Assembly: GCA_965218295.1 (NCBI GenBank)
Contig: CBDCKN010000017.1
Span: 64,001-128,000, forward strand
From: Longimicrobiales bacterium
GTDB taxonomy: Bacteria > Gemmatimonadota > Gemmatimonadetes > Longimicrobiales > Gaopeijiaceae
DNA: 64,000 nucleotides
Direction: 5' to 3'
Below, piece after piece: positions 17,357 through 26,655 of this stretch. The number at the start of each line of letters is the position of its first letter. Positions within the stretch are counted from its first letter, which is position 1. The notes under the pieces are model-generated. The model saw only the letters and a list, made by a program, of their open reading frames with translations. It was not told the DNA's origin and did no database searches. The translations under genes and the position numbers were made by a program.

Positions 17357-18517
17357 ATGACGAGGACATCGTGGGACGGAGCCCGATTCGGGACGCTCGC
17401 CGTCCATGCCGGACAGGAGCCTGAGCCCGAAACCGGAGCCATCATGCCTCCGATCTTTCAGACCTCGACGTACGTCCAGCCCGACGTCGCCAAGCCCAAG
17501 AAGGGGTACGACTACGCCAGGGTCAAGAACCCCACCCGAGAGGCCCTCGAAGGAAACGTGGCCGCTCTGGAGGGGGGGAAGCACGGAATAGCGTTCGCCA
17601 GCGGACTCGCCGCCATCGAGGCCGTGGTCAAGCGCCTCTCGGCCGGGGATCACATCGTCAGCGAGGAGAACACATGCGGGGGAGTGACGCGCATGTTCAC
17701 CCGCGTCCTTGAGAAGCTGGGTCTGGAGTTCTCCTTCGTCGACACCCGTGACCCCAACCGCATCTGCGGGGCCATGCAGCCGAACACCCGGCTCGTGCAC
17801 GTGGAGACGCCCACCAACCCCCTCATGTGCATCTGCGACATCCAGGCCGCAGCCGACATCGCCCATGACGGCGGCGCCCTCCTCATGGTGGACAATACCT
17901 TCGCATCGCCCTTCAACCAGCGTCCCCTCGAGCTGGGTGCCGATGTCACGGTTCACTCGTCCACGAAGTATCTGAACGGCCACTCGGACATCATCGGTGG
18001 AATCCTGGTGGTGAACGACGACGAGCTCGCGGAGGAGATCCACTTCGTAAGGAAATCGTCGGGCGCCGTCCCCGGGCCCATGGATGCCTGGCTCTGCCTC
18101 AGGGGCACGAAGACGCTCCACGTCCGAATGGCACGGCACAACGAGAACGGGTTAGCGGTGGCGCGCTACCTCGTGGAACACCCCGCGGTGAGCCGTGTCG
18201 TCTATCCGGGTCTGGACTCCCATCCACAGCACGAGCTCGCGAGCCGGCAGATGTCGGGCTTCACGGGGATGGTGACCCTGGACCTGGGCGATCCCGATCG
18301 AGCCAGGGCCGTAGCCACTCGAACTCGAGTGTTCCAGCTCGCCGAAAGCCTCGGGGGCGTGGAATCCCTTGTGAGCATCCCGGCGCTGCAGACTCACGCC
18401 TCGGTGCCGAGGGATCTCCGGGAAGCCATGGGAGTCACGGAAGGGCTGGTACGGCTCTCGGTGGGCATCGAAGATCTGGAGGATCTGCTGGAAGATCTGG
18501 ATCAGGCCCTGGCCTGA
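17357..18517 (+). CDS. Cystathionine gamma-synthase/gamma-lyase family PLP enzyme
   Basis: PPIFQTSTY, YARVKNPT, FASGLAA, ETPTNP, VDNTF, HSSTKYLNGHSD, AESLGGVES, VRLSVGIED; RBS GAGGAG. Confidence 0.93.
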   Translation: MTRTSWDGARFGTLAVHAGQEPEPETGAIMPPIFQTSTYVQPDVAKPKKGYDYARVKNPTREALEGNVAALEGGKHGIAFASGLAAIEAVVKRLSAGDHIVSEENTCGGVTRMFTRVLEKLGLEFSFVDTRDPNRICGAMQPNTRLVHVETPTNPLMCICDIQAAADIAHDGGALLMVDNTFASPFNQRPLELGADVTVHSSTKYLNGHSDIIGGILVVNDDELAEEIHFVRKSSGAVPGPMDAWLCLRGTKTLHVRMARHNENGLAVARYLVEHPAVSRVVYPGLDSHPQHELASRQMSGFTGMVTLDLGDPDRARAVATRTRVFQLAESLGGVESLVSIPALQTHASVPRDLREAMGVTEGLVRLSVGIEDLEDLLEDLDQALA

Positions 18518-18541
18518 AACTTCTCCCGGGGGAGCCGCGTA
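18515..18541 (+). promoter_or_regulatory. Putative ECF sigma promoter TGAAAC-N17-CGTA
   Basis: Same motif and spacing as the sites at 23263 and 23958; about 60 bp upstream of the M48 peptidase start. Confidence 0.65.
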
Positions 18542-18602
18542 CAGCCGATAAGAGTGCGGCGGCCCCAGCGGTAGCCGCCAGGACACAAGGAGATAGACAG
18601 CC

Positions 18603-19622
18603 ATGGCTGATGAGAACGACCAAAACAACGGGAACGGCGAGAACGGCAGCGACGAGCAGGACTCACGTGCGCGGCGCATCCTGACCGACATCGCGCCCCG
18701 AGCCTGGGAGCACCCGGCGGACCGGGCGGCCTTGGCGGCCCTCCGGAAAATCCCCGTCTTCGACGACATACTCCGGAAGCTCTTCGGGTTCTTCGGGGAG
18801 AAGCCTATTCGCCTGGCGTTCCTGGCGAACTCGGTACGGATCTCCGACCGGCAGTTCCCGAGAGTCAAGAGCCTGTACGAGGACGTTCTCCAGACCCTGG
18901 ACGCCCCCGAGGAGTATCCCCTCTTCGTCTCCCAGACGCCCATCGTGAACGCCGGCGCGTATGGGATGGACGAGCCTTTCATCATCCTGAATTCCGGGAC
19001 CGTCAAGCTCCTGGACGACGAGCAGCTGTCGTACGTCATGGGCCACGAGCTGGGCCACATCATGAGCGACCACGTCCTCTACCGGACGATGACGGTGCTC
19101 CTGATCCAGCTCGCCGGGATGGGCTTCCCCATCGTCGGTCTGGCCGCACGGGCCATCCTAGTGGCACTCCTGGAGTGGTCGCGGAAGAGCGAGCTCTCCA
19201 GTGACCGGGCCGGTCTCCTGTCCGTACAGGACCCCCAGCGGGTGATGAATACTATGCTCAAAATGGCGGGCGGTGGTGATGATGACGAGATGAATCTCGA
19301 CGAGTTCATCATCCAGGCCGAGGAGTACCGGGAGTCGGGGGACGTGGCCGACCAGGTGTTCAAGGTGCTGAACCTGATGGGCCAGAGCCATCCCTTCTAC
19401 GTGCTGCGCGTCGCCGAGATTCGCTCGTGGATCGAAGAAGGCGAGTACGACCGCATCCTCCGGGGCGAGTACCAGCATCGCGGTGAGCCGGACCCGGCCT
19501 ACAACGAGGATCTCCAGGATGCCGCCCAGGCGTATGCACAGGGCGCCAAAGATCTCTTCGGCCAGATGGCGGGGGCCGCCAAACGCATGGCCGACGACAT
19601 CATGGGAGCGGCCAAGCGGTAA
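18603..19622 (+). CDS. M48 family (Ste24/HtpX-like) zinc metallopeptidase
   Basis: WEHPADRAAL, NAGAYG, GHELGH (HExxH), ELSSDRAG, SHPFYVLR. Confidence 0.92.
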   Translation: MADENDQNNGNGENGSDEQDSRARRILTDIAPRAWEHPADRAALAALRKIPVFDDILRKLFGFFGEKPIRLAFLANSVRISDRQFPRVKSLYEDVLQTLDAPEEYPLFVSQTPIVNAGAYGMDEPFIILNSGTVKLLDDEQLSYVMGHELGHIMSDHVLYRTMTVLLIQLAGMGFPIVGLAARAILVALLEWSRKSELSSDRAGLLSVQDPQRVMNTMLKMAGGGDDDEMNLDEFIIQAEEYRESGDVADQVFKVLNLMGQSHPFYVLRVAEIRSWIEEGEYDRILRGEYQHRGEPDPAYNEDLQDAAQAYAQGAKDLFGQMAGAAKRMADDIMGAAKR

Positions 19623-19640
19623 CGGATCACCTAGCCTCCC

Positions 19641-20933
19641 ATGCGCATCCTCATCGTTGGAAACGGGGGTCGGGAGCACACCCTGGCCTGGAAGCTCCGC
19701 CGGGACGCACCCGGCGCGACCCTTTTCGTCACACAGCCAAACGGGGGCATGGCCGGCTCGGTCGAGACCCTAGAGATCACCGCCGGAGACGTGGAGGCCC
19801 TGGCGGGCTGGGCGCAGGCTCAGCGGATCGACCTGACTGTCATCGGACCGGAGGCACCGTTGGCCGCCGGCCTCGCGGACCGCCTCCATCGCAATGGCGT
19901 GCCCGTGTTCGGGCCGACCAAGGCCGCCGCGCGCATCGAGTCGAGCAAGGCATACGCCAAGGAGCTCATGGAGCGGGCCGGCGTCCCCACGGCGGGCTTC
20001 GCTGCGTTCAGTGACCCGGGAGAGGCCGCGGACTACGTGAAGGAAGGCGGTGCCCGCGTGGTCGTGAAGGCCTCCGGCTTGGCCGCGGGAAAGGGTGCCG
20101 TCGTCTGCGAGACCGTCGACGACGCCCTCGAGACCCTCGAGCGTATAATGACGGACCGGGTCTTCGGCGAGGCGGGCCGGGAGGTGGTCGTCGAGGAGTT
20201 CATGTACGGGGAGGAGCTCTCGGTTTTCGCCCTGGCCGACGGTCGGGACGCCCTGCTGATGCTTCCGTCCCAAGACCACAAGCGGGTCGGCGAGGGGGAC
20301 ACGGGACCCAACACGGGGGGCATGGGTGCGTACGCCCCGGTGTCCCTGTCGACCCCCGAGCTCCTGTCCGACATCCTGGACCGCATCATCCGGCCGACCC
20401 TGGCAGCCCTGGCGGAAGACGACTCTGAGTTCCGGGGACTGCTCTACGCCGGCCTCATGCTCACCGAAGAGGGCCCCCGCGTCGTGGAGTTCAACTGCCG
20501 CTTCGGAGACCCCGAGACACAGGTGGTGCTGCCGCTCCTCGAGTCCTCGCTCCTGGATCCCATGTTGGAGGTGGCCCGGGGAGAACGGCTGGGTGGTGCC
20601 GCCTTGGAGTGGAGTGGTGGGGCGGCCCTCACCACGGTCGTGGCCTCGGAGGGATATCCCGGCGACTACGGGAAGGGCCGATCCATCGAGATACCGGACC
20701 GACTGAATTCGGATCCCGACGTCCTTCTCTTCCACGCGGGCACCAGGCTAGGCTCGGACGGCCTCGAGACCTCCGGGGGACGGGTGATCGCCGCCACCGG
20801 CCTAGGCTCAACCCTCAGCCAGGCCGCCGCCAAGAGCCGGAAAGCGGCCGCGGCCATCGAGTTCGAGGGGAAGCAGTTCCGCACGGACATCGGGTGGAGG
20901 GAGTTCGCCCGATCCGAGCGAGAACGACCCTAG
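19641..20933 (+). CDS. purD: Phosphoribosylamine--glycine ligase
   Basis: GNGGREH, IGPEAPL, ESSKAYAK, GLAAGKG, QDHKR, GPNTGGMG, EFNCRFGDPETQ, TSGGRV. Confidence 0.97.
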   Translation: MRILIVGNGGREHTLAWKLRRDAPGATLFVTQPNGGMAGSVETLEITAGDVEALAGWAQAQRIDLTVIGPEAPLAAGLADRLHRNGVPVFGPTKAAARIESSKAYAKELMERAGVPTAGFAAFSDPGEAADYVKEGGARVVVKASGLAAGKGAVVCETVDDALETLERIMTDRVFGEAGREVVVEEFMYGEELSVFALADGRDALLMLPSQDHKRVGEGDTGPNTGGMGAYAPVSLSTPELLSDILDRIIRPTLAALAEDDSEFRGLLYAGLMLTEEGPRVVEFNCRFGDPETQVVLPLLESSLLDPMLEVARGERLGGAALEWSGGAALTTVVASEGYPGDYGKGRSIEIPDRLNSDPDVLLFHAGTRLGSDGLETSGGRVIAATGLGSTLSQAAAKSRKAAAAIEFEGKQFRTDIGWREFARSERERP

Positions 20934-20952
20934 GCTCCCGGACGTCCATCCC

Positions 20953-21786
20953 ATGCCGGAACTCCCAGAGGTCGAGACCATCGTCCGCGGCCTCCGGCCG
21001 AACCTGGTGGACCGCTCGGTCCGTCGCGTCCGCGTCCTGCAGCCCGATGTCCTGCGCCAGCCTCCACGGAGCTTTTCTGCCGGACTGAGAGGAAGGATCG
21101 TGAAGTCCGTCTCGCGCCGCGGGAAGAACATCGTGGTCGGGCTCACGGGAGACGCCGTTCTCGTCGTGAACCTGGGCATGACAGGCCGCCTTCTCCTTGC
21201 CGGTCCCACCGCCCAGGCGACACATCCGGCGGTTCGCTTCACACTGGACGAGGGACCGGCCCTCGTCTTCGACGACGCACGCCGCTTCGGAGCCTTGGAG
21301 GTGCTTACGGCCGTCGACTGGCACCGCCGATCTGGAAGCCTTGGGCCCGAGCCCCTTTCGGCCACCTATACTGCAGCGCGGCTCCACGCCGACCTCTCGC
21401 GATCGTCTTCACCAGTCCGATCGTGGCTGTTGGACCAGCGTCGAGTAGCGGGGGTAGGGAATATCTACGCCAACGAGGCTTTACACCTGGCCGGTATTCA
21501 TCCGCGCCGTCCCGCCAGGTCCGTGAGCGAGACCGAGGCCCGAGCCCTCCATCGCGCCATACGGAGGGTCCTACGCCAAGCAATTCGGAATCGCGGTACC
21601 ACGCTACGGGACTATAGAGACGCCTCGGGCGCGCCCGGCGAGAACGCCGTGGCGCTGCGGGTCTACGCCCGGGCCGGTGAGCCGTGCCTTCGCTGCTCCA
21701 CAGGGATTTGTCGATTGGTCTTCGGGAATCGCTCAGCCTTTTTCTGCCCGCGCTGTCAGCCGGAGACGGCGGGGCGCCGCGCGTGA
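20953..21786 (+). CDS. mutM: Formamidopyrimidine-DNA glycosylase/AP lyase
   Basis: MPELPEVE, RRGK, LGMTG, DARRFG, AGVGNIYANE, zinc finger CLRC...FCPRCQ. Confidence 0.97.
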   Translation: MPELPEVETIVRGLRPNLVDRSVRRVRVLQPDVLRQPPRSFSAGLRGRIVKSVSRRGKNIVVGLTGDAVLVVNLGMTGRLLLAGPTAQATHPAVRFTLDEGPALVFDDARRFGALEVLTAVDWHRRSGSLGPEPLSATYTAARLHADLSRSSSPVRSWLLDQRRVAGVGNIYANEALHLAGIHPRRPARSVSETEARALHRAIRRVLRQAIRNRGTTLRDYRDASGAPGENAVALRVYARAGEPCLRCSTGICRLVFGNRSAFFCPRCQPETAGRRA

Positions 21787-22196
21787 GACGGTCCTGGTGG
21801 CGCAACGCACCGTCGAGCCGGAGCTCGGCCCTGGGCTGCGCTCTCCACGGCCGGCCCATGTCCCTCTGGTGGATCCCAGCGCTCGTCTCCATGCTGGCGG
21901 GAGGTTTCGCTTCACCTGGGGCCCGGACGAGGCCAACGCTCAGACGGCGACCGGGGTCAACCTCCCCGTCGTCGAGCACGAGCTCGCCAACGGCATGCGC
22001 TTCCTGGTGCTGCCCCGCCGGGGGGCTCCCACCACCTCCTTCGTCGTGCAGTACCGCGTGGGGGGCGTGAACGAGGTCCCCGGCACGACCGGCATGGTCC
22101 ATCTCCTGGAGCATCTCCTCTTCAAGGCACCAGCACACCGGGCACCCACGACGTGGAGGCGGAGCGAGGGCGTCTCGGGTGACGGCGACGCCTCTA
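21783..22196 (+). pseudogene. M16 (pitrilysin/PqqL) peptidase pseudogene, two frameshifts, truncated at a MITE
   Basis: GTGA overlap with mutM; signal-like segment in one frame; LANGMRFLV...TGMVHLLEHLLFK in a second frame; GTSTPGTHDVEAER after another shift near 22126; homology ends at the MITE. Confidence 0.85.
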
Positions 22197-22466
22197 GAGG
22201 CCTGTTGAAGGAGTACAGCGGGTCGCGTTAGGAGCGCCGAGGGTCCAGCGCGTAGGCGGCGCGACGACGCGATGCTGTAGTATCGGGGAGGAGCGCCAAC
22301 ACCCGCGATGGGCCCTCGCCGCCCTAACCCGAAGGGCACAGGAGGGTTGCGGTCTCATAGGTCGTCTCTCCTCCTCGCCGTAGCCCTGCTACGACTCGTC
22401 GTCGTTCCTACTCTGAGCCTCGCAAGACCCCTGTGCGCGACCCACTGTACTCCTTCAACAGGCCTC
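22197..22466. mobile_element. MITE family A, 270 bp, 31-bp terminal inverted repeats
   Basis: GAGGCCTGTTGAAGGAGTACAGCGGGTCGCG (22197-22227) vs reverse complement of 22436-22466, 30/31 identical; two long internal hairpins; flanks C-TA-G and C-GA-G. Confidence 0.88.
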
Positions 22467-22476
22467 GAGAGAGGGA

Positions 22477-23205
22477 TCAGAGACGGACGCCGACGTGGAT
22501 GGCGGCGATCCCGCCGGTCAGGAACCTCCACTCCACATCCCCGAACCCGGACTCGCGGAGTAGGGCGGCGAGCTCATCGGGCCCAGGAAACTCCTTCACG
22601 GACTCGGGGAGATACGTGTAGGCCCATGGGTGACCCGAGACCACACGCCCCACCATCGGTAGAATCCTGTAAAAGTAGAAGTGGTACAGGCGACGCAGGA
22701 GCGGGTTCGGTGGGTCGGTGAACTCCAAGATCACGAGGCGGGCGCCCGGGCGCAGGACCCGGGCCAGATCACCGAACCCGACCCGCAGGTCCGAGAGGTT
22801 TCGGACACCGAAGCCGACGGTCCCACCGTCGAAGGAGGCATCCGGGAAGGGCAGTCGGAGCGAGTCGCCGCACACGGGCTGCACCGAGTCACGGAGCTTG
22901 CCACGACCCTCCACAAGCATGGGGAACGCGAAGTCGGTCGCGACGACGGCCCCACGGAAGCCCGGCTGACGGGCCAGCTCGAGGCTCAGATCGAAAGTCC
23001 CGGCGCAGGCATCCAGGAACCGTCCGTCCGAGTGATCCCTCCAACCGAGGAGTTCTACGGCCTGCCGCCTCCAACGTCGATCGATGTTGAGGCTGAGGAC
23101 ATGGTTCAGGAGATCGTAGCGCGGTGCGATCTCGGAGAAGAGAGTCCGGACCTGGTCGGCTCTGCCCGCGCCGCGAGACGGCCTGGCTTCGGGGATTGTC
23201 GCCAT
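22477..23205 (-). CDS. ubiE: UbiE/MenG family quinone C-methyltransferase
   Basis: FSEIAPRYDLLNHVLS, LDACAGTFD, LPFPDASFD, FGVRN, RVLRPG, AYTYLPESV. Confidence 0.92.
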   Translation of the reverse strand: MATIPEARPSRGAGRADQVRTLFSEIAPRYDLLNHVLSLNIDRRWRRQAVELLGWRDHSDGRFLDACAGTFDLSLELARQPGFRGAVVATDFAFPMLVEGRGKLRDSVQPVCGDSLRLPFPDASFDGGTVGFGVRNLSDLRVGFGDLARVLRPGARLVILEFTDPPNPLLRRLYHFYFYRILPMVGRVVSGHPWAYTYLPESVKEFPGPDELAALLRESGFGDVEWRFLTGGIAAIHVGVRL

Positions 23206-23262
23206 CTAATCGGCGTTTTTGTTAGTTTTTTTGACCCATACGAGTGGTCAGCCGCGTACCCG

Positions 23263-23290
23263 GGAAACATCCGAAGTTTCCCAACCGTAA
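23263..23290 (+). promoter_or_regulatory. Putative autoregulatory ECF promoter GGAAAC-N17-CGTAA
   Basis: AAC (-35) and CGT (-10) ECF hallmarks, about 65 bp upstream of the sigma TTG start. Confidence 0.65.
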
Positions 23291-23355
23291 CACGGCTGCG
23301 AACTCACGGGGCGCTGTCGCCTCACCGGACCCACTGCTTTTCGGAGCCTCATTAC

Positions 23356-23946
23356 TTGGATTTCCCGGCCCAGACCGACAAAGATCTAGCGGCCCTGGCG
23401 GCCGACGGACGGGAGGAGGCCTACGGCGAGCTGCTCAAGCGCTACGAACGGCCGATCTTCGCCCTAATCTATCGGATGGTCCGTGACCGATCTCTGGCCG
23501 AGGATCTGGCCCAGGAGGCGTTCATCCGGGCGTTCAACGCCATCTCCTCATACGATCCGCGCTACAAGTTCAGCAGCTGGATCTTCAAGATCGCCAACAA
23601 CCACACCATCGATCATCTGCGAAAGCGGAAGCTCGATACCGTCTCCATCCACGGCTCTCCACACGCCCGCACGGCGCGCGAGGAGGAGCAGACCAGCCTC
23701 GTTGTGGAGGCCACCGACGAGAACCCGCACGAATACGTGGAGCATCGCGAGCTCGGCCACCAGATCGAGCAGGCCATCGGGGAGCTCCGGCCGGAATATC
23801 GGACCGCCATCCTGCTCCGGCACGTGGAGGGGTACGCTTACGACGAAATTGCCGAAATCATGGAGCTACCGCTGGGTACCGTAAAGACGTACTTACACCG
23901 CGCCCGCAGCGAGCTGAAGGTCCTCCTCGCACACCTCGCCTCATGA
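23356..23946 (+). CDS. ECF RNA polymerase sigma factor (SigW/RpoE-like)
   Basis: AEDLAQEAFIRAF, KFSSWIFKIANNHTIDHLRK, YDEIAEIMELPLGTVKTYLHRAR; TTG start with GGAG RBS (start inferred). Confidence 0.93.
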   Translation: MDFPAQTDKDLAALAADGREEAYGELLKRYERPIFALIYRMVRDRSLAEDLAQEAFIRAFNAISSYDPRYKFSSWIFKIANNHTIDHLRKRKLDTVSIHGSPHARTAREEEQTSLVVEATDENPHEYVEHRELGHQIEQAIGELRPEYRTAILLRHVEGYAYDEIAEIMELPLGTVKTYLHRARSELKVLLAHLAS

Positions 23947-23957
23947 GGGCTTTTTCA

Positions 23958-23984
23958 TGAAACTTTCGGGAAGTGCCCCCCGTA
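23958..23984 (+). promoter_or_regulatory. Putative internal ECF promoter TGAAAC-N17-CGTA upstream of the anti-sigma gene
   Basis: TGAAACtttcgggaagtgcccccCGTA between the sigma stop and the anti-sigma start. Confidence 0.65.
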
Positions 23985-24017
23985 GGATCGATTAGGAAAA
24001 CGACAGGAGTCGATGAA

Positions 24018-24992
24018 GTGGCAAAGAAGGACGTAGACATGCATCTGACCGCCGAGCGGGTTCAGGCGTTTCTGGACGGCGCTCTCCCGGAAGGGGAGAG
24101 GGTCCAGGTCGAGGAGCATGCTACGTTCTGTGCGCGCTGTCAGGCCGAGCTGGACGCCTGGCAGTTTCTATATTCCGAGTTGAGCGAGCTGCCGGAGCTG
24201 GAGCCCTCTGAAGGCTTTGCGCGCCGTGTGTTGGCCGAGCTGGACGTCTCGCCCGTACCGAACCTGGATGTATTGACGGGACCCGAGGCCTCGGAGGCCC
24301 GCAAGTTCGGGTGGCTGCGTCGTCGAACGGCGAGGCTGGCGGAGCACCTCACCCCCGAGCGCCTGCAAGACTACGTGGAAGGCATCCTTCCCCGGCCGCA
24401 GATGACCAGGGTCGAGGCCCATCTCGACGGATGTGGCGCCTGCAGCAGCGAGGCGGCCGCCTGGAGAGAGTTGGTCCAAGGGATCAAGACCCTGCCCGAG
24501 CTGGCTCCGTCCGCAGGGTTCGCGCGGCGGGTCATGGCGCAAGTCCGTATCGGGCGCCTGGTCCGTGAGCCAGTGGTCGTCTCGACCCACAGCCGCGCCC
24601 TGGCATGGGCCGGACGCCTGCTCCCACGTACCCAGAAGGCCTGGGCGGTCATCTCCGGTGTGGCGGTCACGCCGGCCACCGTCGTGGCCCTCCTGGTCTA
24701 CGCCGTCTTCTCGAACCCAGCAGTCACACCCGCATACCTGGCGTCCTTCCTCTGGTGGAAGGTCAGCGGTGGAGTCTCCACCATCGCCGGTGTCCTGGCG
24801 GATACCCTGTTTGAAAGCGCCATCATTTTCCAAGCCTATTCAGCCCTGGAGGCCTTAGCAGGTGCGCCTGCGCTGGCGGCCATGGTCGCCGTGTCTCTCG
24901 CCGCGGCGACGAGCCTGTCTGGATGGGTCTTGTATCGGAACCTAGTCCCCACCCAGACGGTGGATGGTCAGTATGCCAGAGCATCGATTTAG
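24018..24992 (+). CDS. Membrane anti-sigma factor with two tandem zf-HC2 (ZAS) domains
   Basis: HLTAE..EEHATFCARC and HLTPE..EAHLDGCGAC, each followed by LPEL.PS.GFARRV; C-terminal TM helices; start is 24018 (GTG) or 24039 (ATG). Confidence 0.85.
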   Translation: MAKKDVDMHLTAERVQAFLDGALPEGERVQVEEHATFCARCQAELDAWQFLYSELSELPELEPSEGFARRVLAELDVSPVPNLDVLTGPEASEARKFGWLRRRTARLAEHLTPERLQDYVEGILPRPQMTRVEAHLDGCGACSSEAAAWRELVQGIKTLPELAPSAGFARRVMAQVRIGRLVREPVVVSTHSRALAWAGRLLPRTQKAWAVISGVAVTPATVVALLVYAVFSNPAVTPAYLASFLWWKVSGGVSTIAGVLADTLFESAIIFQAYSALEALAGAPALAAMVAVSLAAATSLSGWVLYRNLVPTQTVDGQYARASI

Positions 24993-26655
24993 CCTCAGCC
25001 GGTCTCTCGTGCCGGTCCTTCTCCTCGCGTTCCTGCCCGTCGCGGTGACGGGACAGGTGCGTGAGGTCGTGTCCAACCAGCTCGCCATCTCGCAGCGCGA
25101 GGCGGGCCTGGTCCTCGACTTCGTCGACGACGGCGTGCTGGAGATCTCGCTGCGCGACGGGGTGATCATGGTGGACGACGAGGTCGTGGGAAGCTTCGAC
25201 CGGGGCGACGCCCTGGACACGGCTTGGCGACTGCTCCTCGGCGAGATCGTCAACCTCTCGGACGGGCCCCTGGGCCAGGCTCTGCAGGAATGGGCTCCGC
25301 CTTCGTCCCTCTCGGGAGATGCCATGGAGGCGGCCCGGCTCCTGGACGAGTCCCTGGAGCAGGCGTTGCGTCCGCTGGAGTCGAGTGTGCAGGCCGACCC
25401 GGAAGCGGAGATCGATCTCAACATTTCGGCGGACCTGGGACTCGGTCTCCGGGCGCTCCTCAGCCGCACGGAGATCCTGGGTGAGCTCGGACGGGCCCTC
25501 GAGGCCATCGATGTGCTGACCTCCGCCATCTACATCGGAGAAGATGTGGTGGTCGCCGAGGACGAGACCATCGAGGGGACCATCGTCGTCGTAGACGGCG
25601 ATCTCACGGTGGACGGCACCATCGAGGATGACGTCGTCATCGTCGAGGGCTCCATCACGGTCAACGACGGAGGGGATGTCCACGGCGACATCCGGCTGGT
25701 GGATTCGCGCTACTTCGGGGTCGACGAGTCGTCCCTCGGGGGACGGGTGATCCGCGTCGACTCCGACGACGCAGACAGCGGGTCGTCGGTGGACTTGGAG
25801 GATCTCGAGGACCGGATCCGAGACGAGATACGGAGCGAGCTCCGTAGCGAGTTCCGGAATAGCGGGAGGGGCTTCTCACCCTTCCGCGCCGTGGGACGGG
25901 GGATCGCCGCCGTCATGGGCGATCTGATCTCCTTCCTCATCGTCTCCCTCATCGCCCTGAGCGTGATCTACTTCGCCAAGGACAACCTCGAGGTGGTGGC
26001 GGACACCGCCCGGCGGAACCCCATGCGTGCAGGGCTGGTGGGGATAGCTGGTGCCTTCCTGGTCCTTCCGACCTGGCTGCTGGGCTGTGTGGCTCTGGTA
26101 GTCTCGATCGTGGGCATCATCGCCCTGCCCTTCTGGCTGATCCTCTTCCCCGTCGCGGTGGCTCTGGGGGCCGGGCTGGGGTACCTGGCCGTGGCCAGAA
26201 ACATCGGTGAGTGGGTGGCCGCCAAGGACATAAACGGTCTGGAGTGGCTGCAGCCCACCAACACCTTCTATGCGGTGGTCACCGGCGTGGGCGCGATTCT
26301 GGCCTTCTCCGTGGCCGCCAACGTGCTGGACGTCGTGCCGTTCTTCGGCTTCTTCAGCGGGCTGCTGGCCGCCCTGGGATCCATGCTCGCCATTGCGGCA
26401 TTGTTCGTCGGATTCGGTGCCGTGCTGCTGACACGAGGTGGTCGCCAGGCCGAGTTCTACGACGGTGGTGACCCTTTCGACGACGAGCCGGCCTGGGAGC
26501 AAGACGGGTTCTCTGACGATGTGATCGAGGCCGAAGAGGTCGACGAAGAGCCCGAGGCCGAGGTGGACAGTGAGGACCTGGCAGAGGCCACGGCCGACGT
26601 GGCCGATGAAGACTCAGACGAGGTGGGGGAGAACCGGGATGCGGACGATGAATAG
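24973..26655 (+). CDS. Membrane protein with bactofilin-like (polymer-forming) beta-helix repeats and a multi-TM C-terminal domain
   Basis: Signal peptide; DVVVAEDETIEGTIVVVDGDLTVDGTIEDDVVIVEGSITVNDGGDVHGDI; several TMs; acidic tail. Confidence 0.7.
   Translation: MPEHRFSLSRSLVPVLLLAFLPVAVTGQVREVVSNQLAISQREAGLVLDFVDDGVLEISLRDGVIMVDDEVVGSFDRGDALDTAWRLLLGEIVNLSDGPLGQALQEWAPPSSLSGDAMEAARLLDESLEQALRPLESSVQADPEAEIDLNISADLGLGLRALLSRTEILGELGRALEAIDVLTSAIYIGEDVVVAEDETIEGTIVVVDGDLTVDGTIEDDVVIVEGSITVNDGGDVHGDIRLVDSRYFGVDESSLGGRVIRVDSDDADSGSSVDLEDLEDRIRDEIRSELRSEFRNSGRGFSPFRAVGRGIAAVMGDLISFLIVSLIALSVIYFAKDNLEVVADTARRNPMRAGLVGIAGAFLVLPTWLLGCVALVVSIVGIIALPFWLILFPVAVALGAGLGYLAVARNIGEWVAAKDINGLEWLQPTNTFYAVVTGVGAILAFSVAANVLDVVPFFGFFSGLLAALGSMLAIAALFVGFGAVLLTRGGRQAEFYDGGDPFDDEPAWEQDGFSDDVIEAEEVDEEPEAEVDSEDLAEATADVADEDSDEVGENRDADDE

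Noticed and set aside
22681..23355. N-terminal extension of the ECF sigma factor (421-aa ORF)
   Set aside because: Overlaps ubiE antisense and the promoter region; the TTG at 23356 has an RBS and gives a normal ECF size
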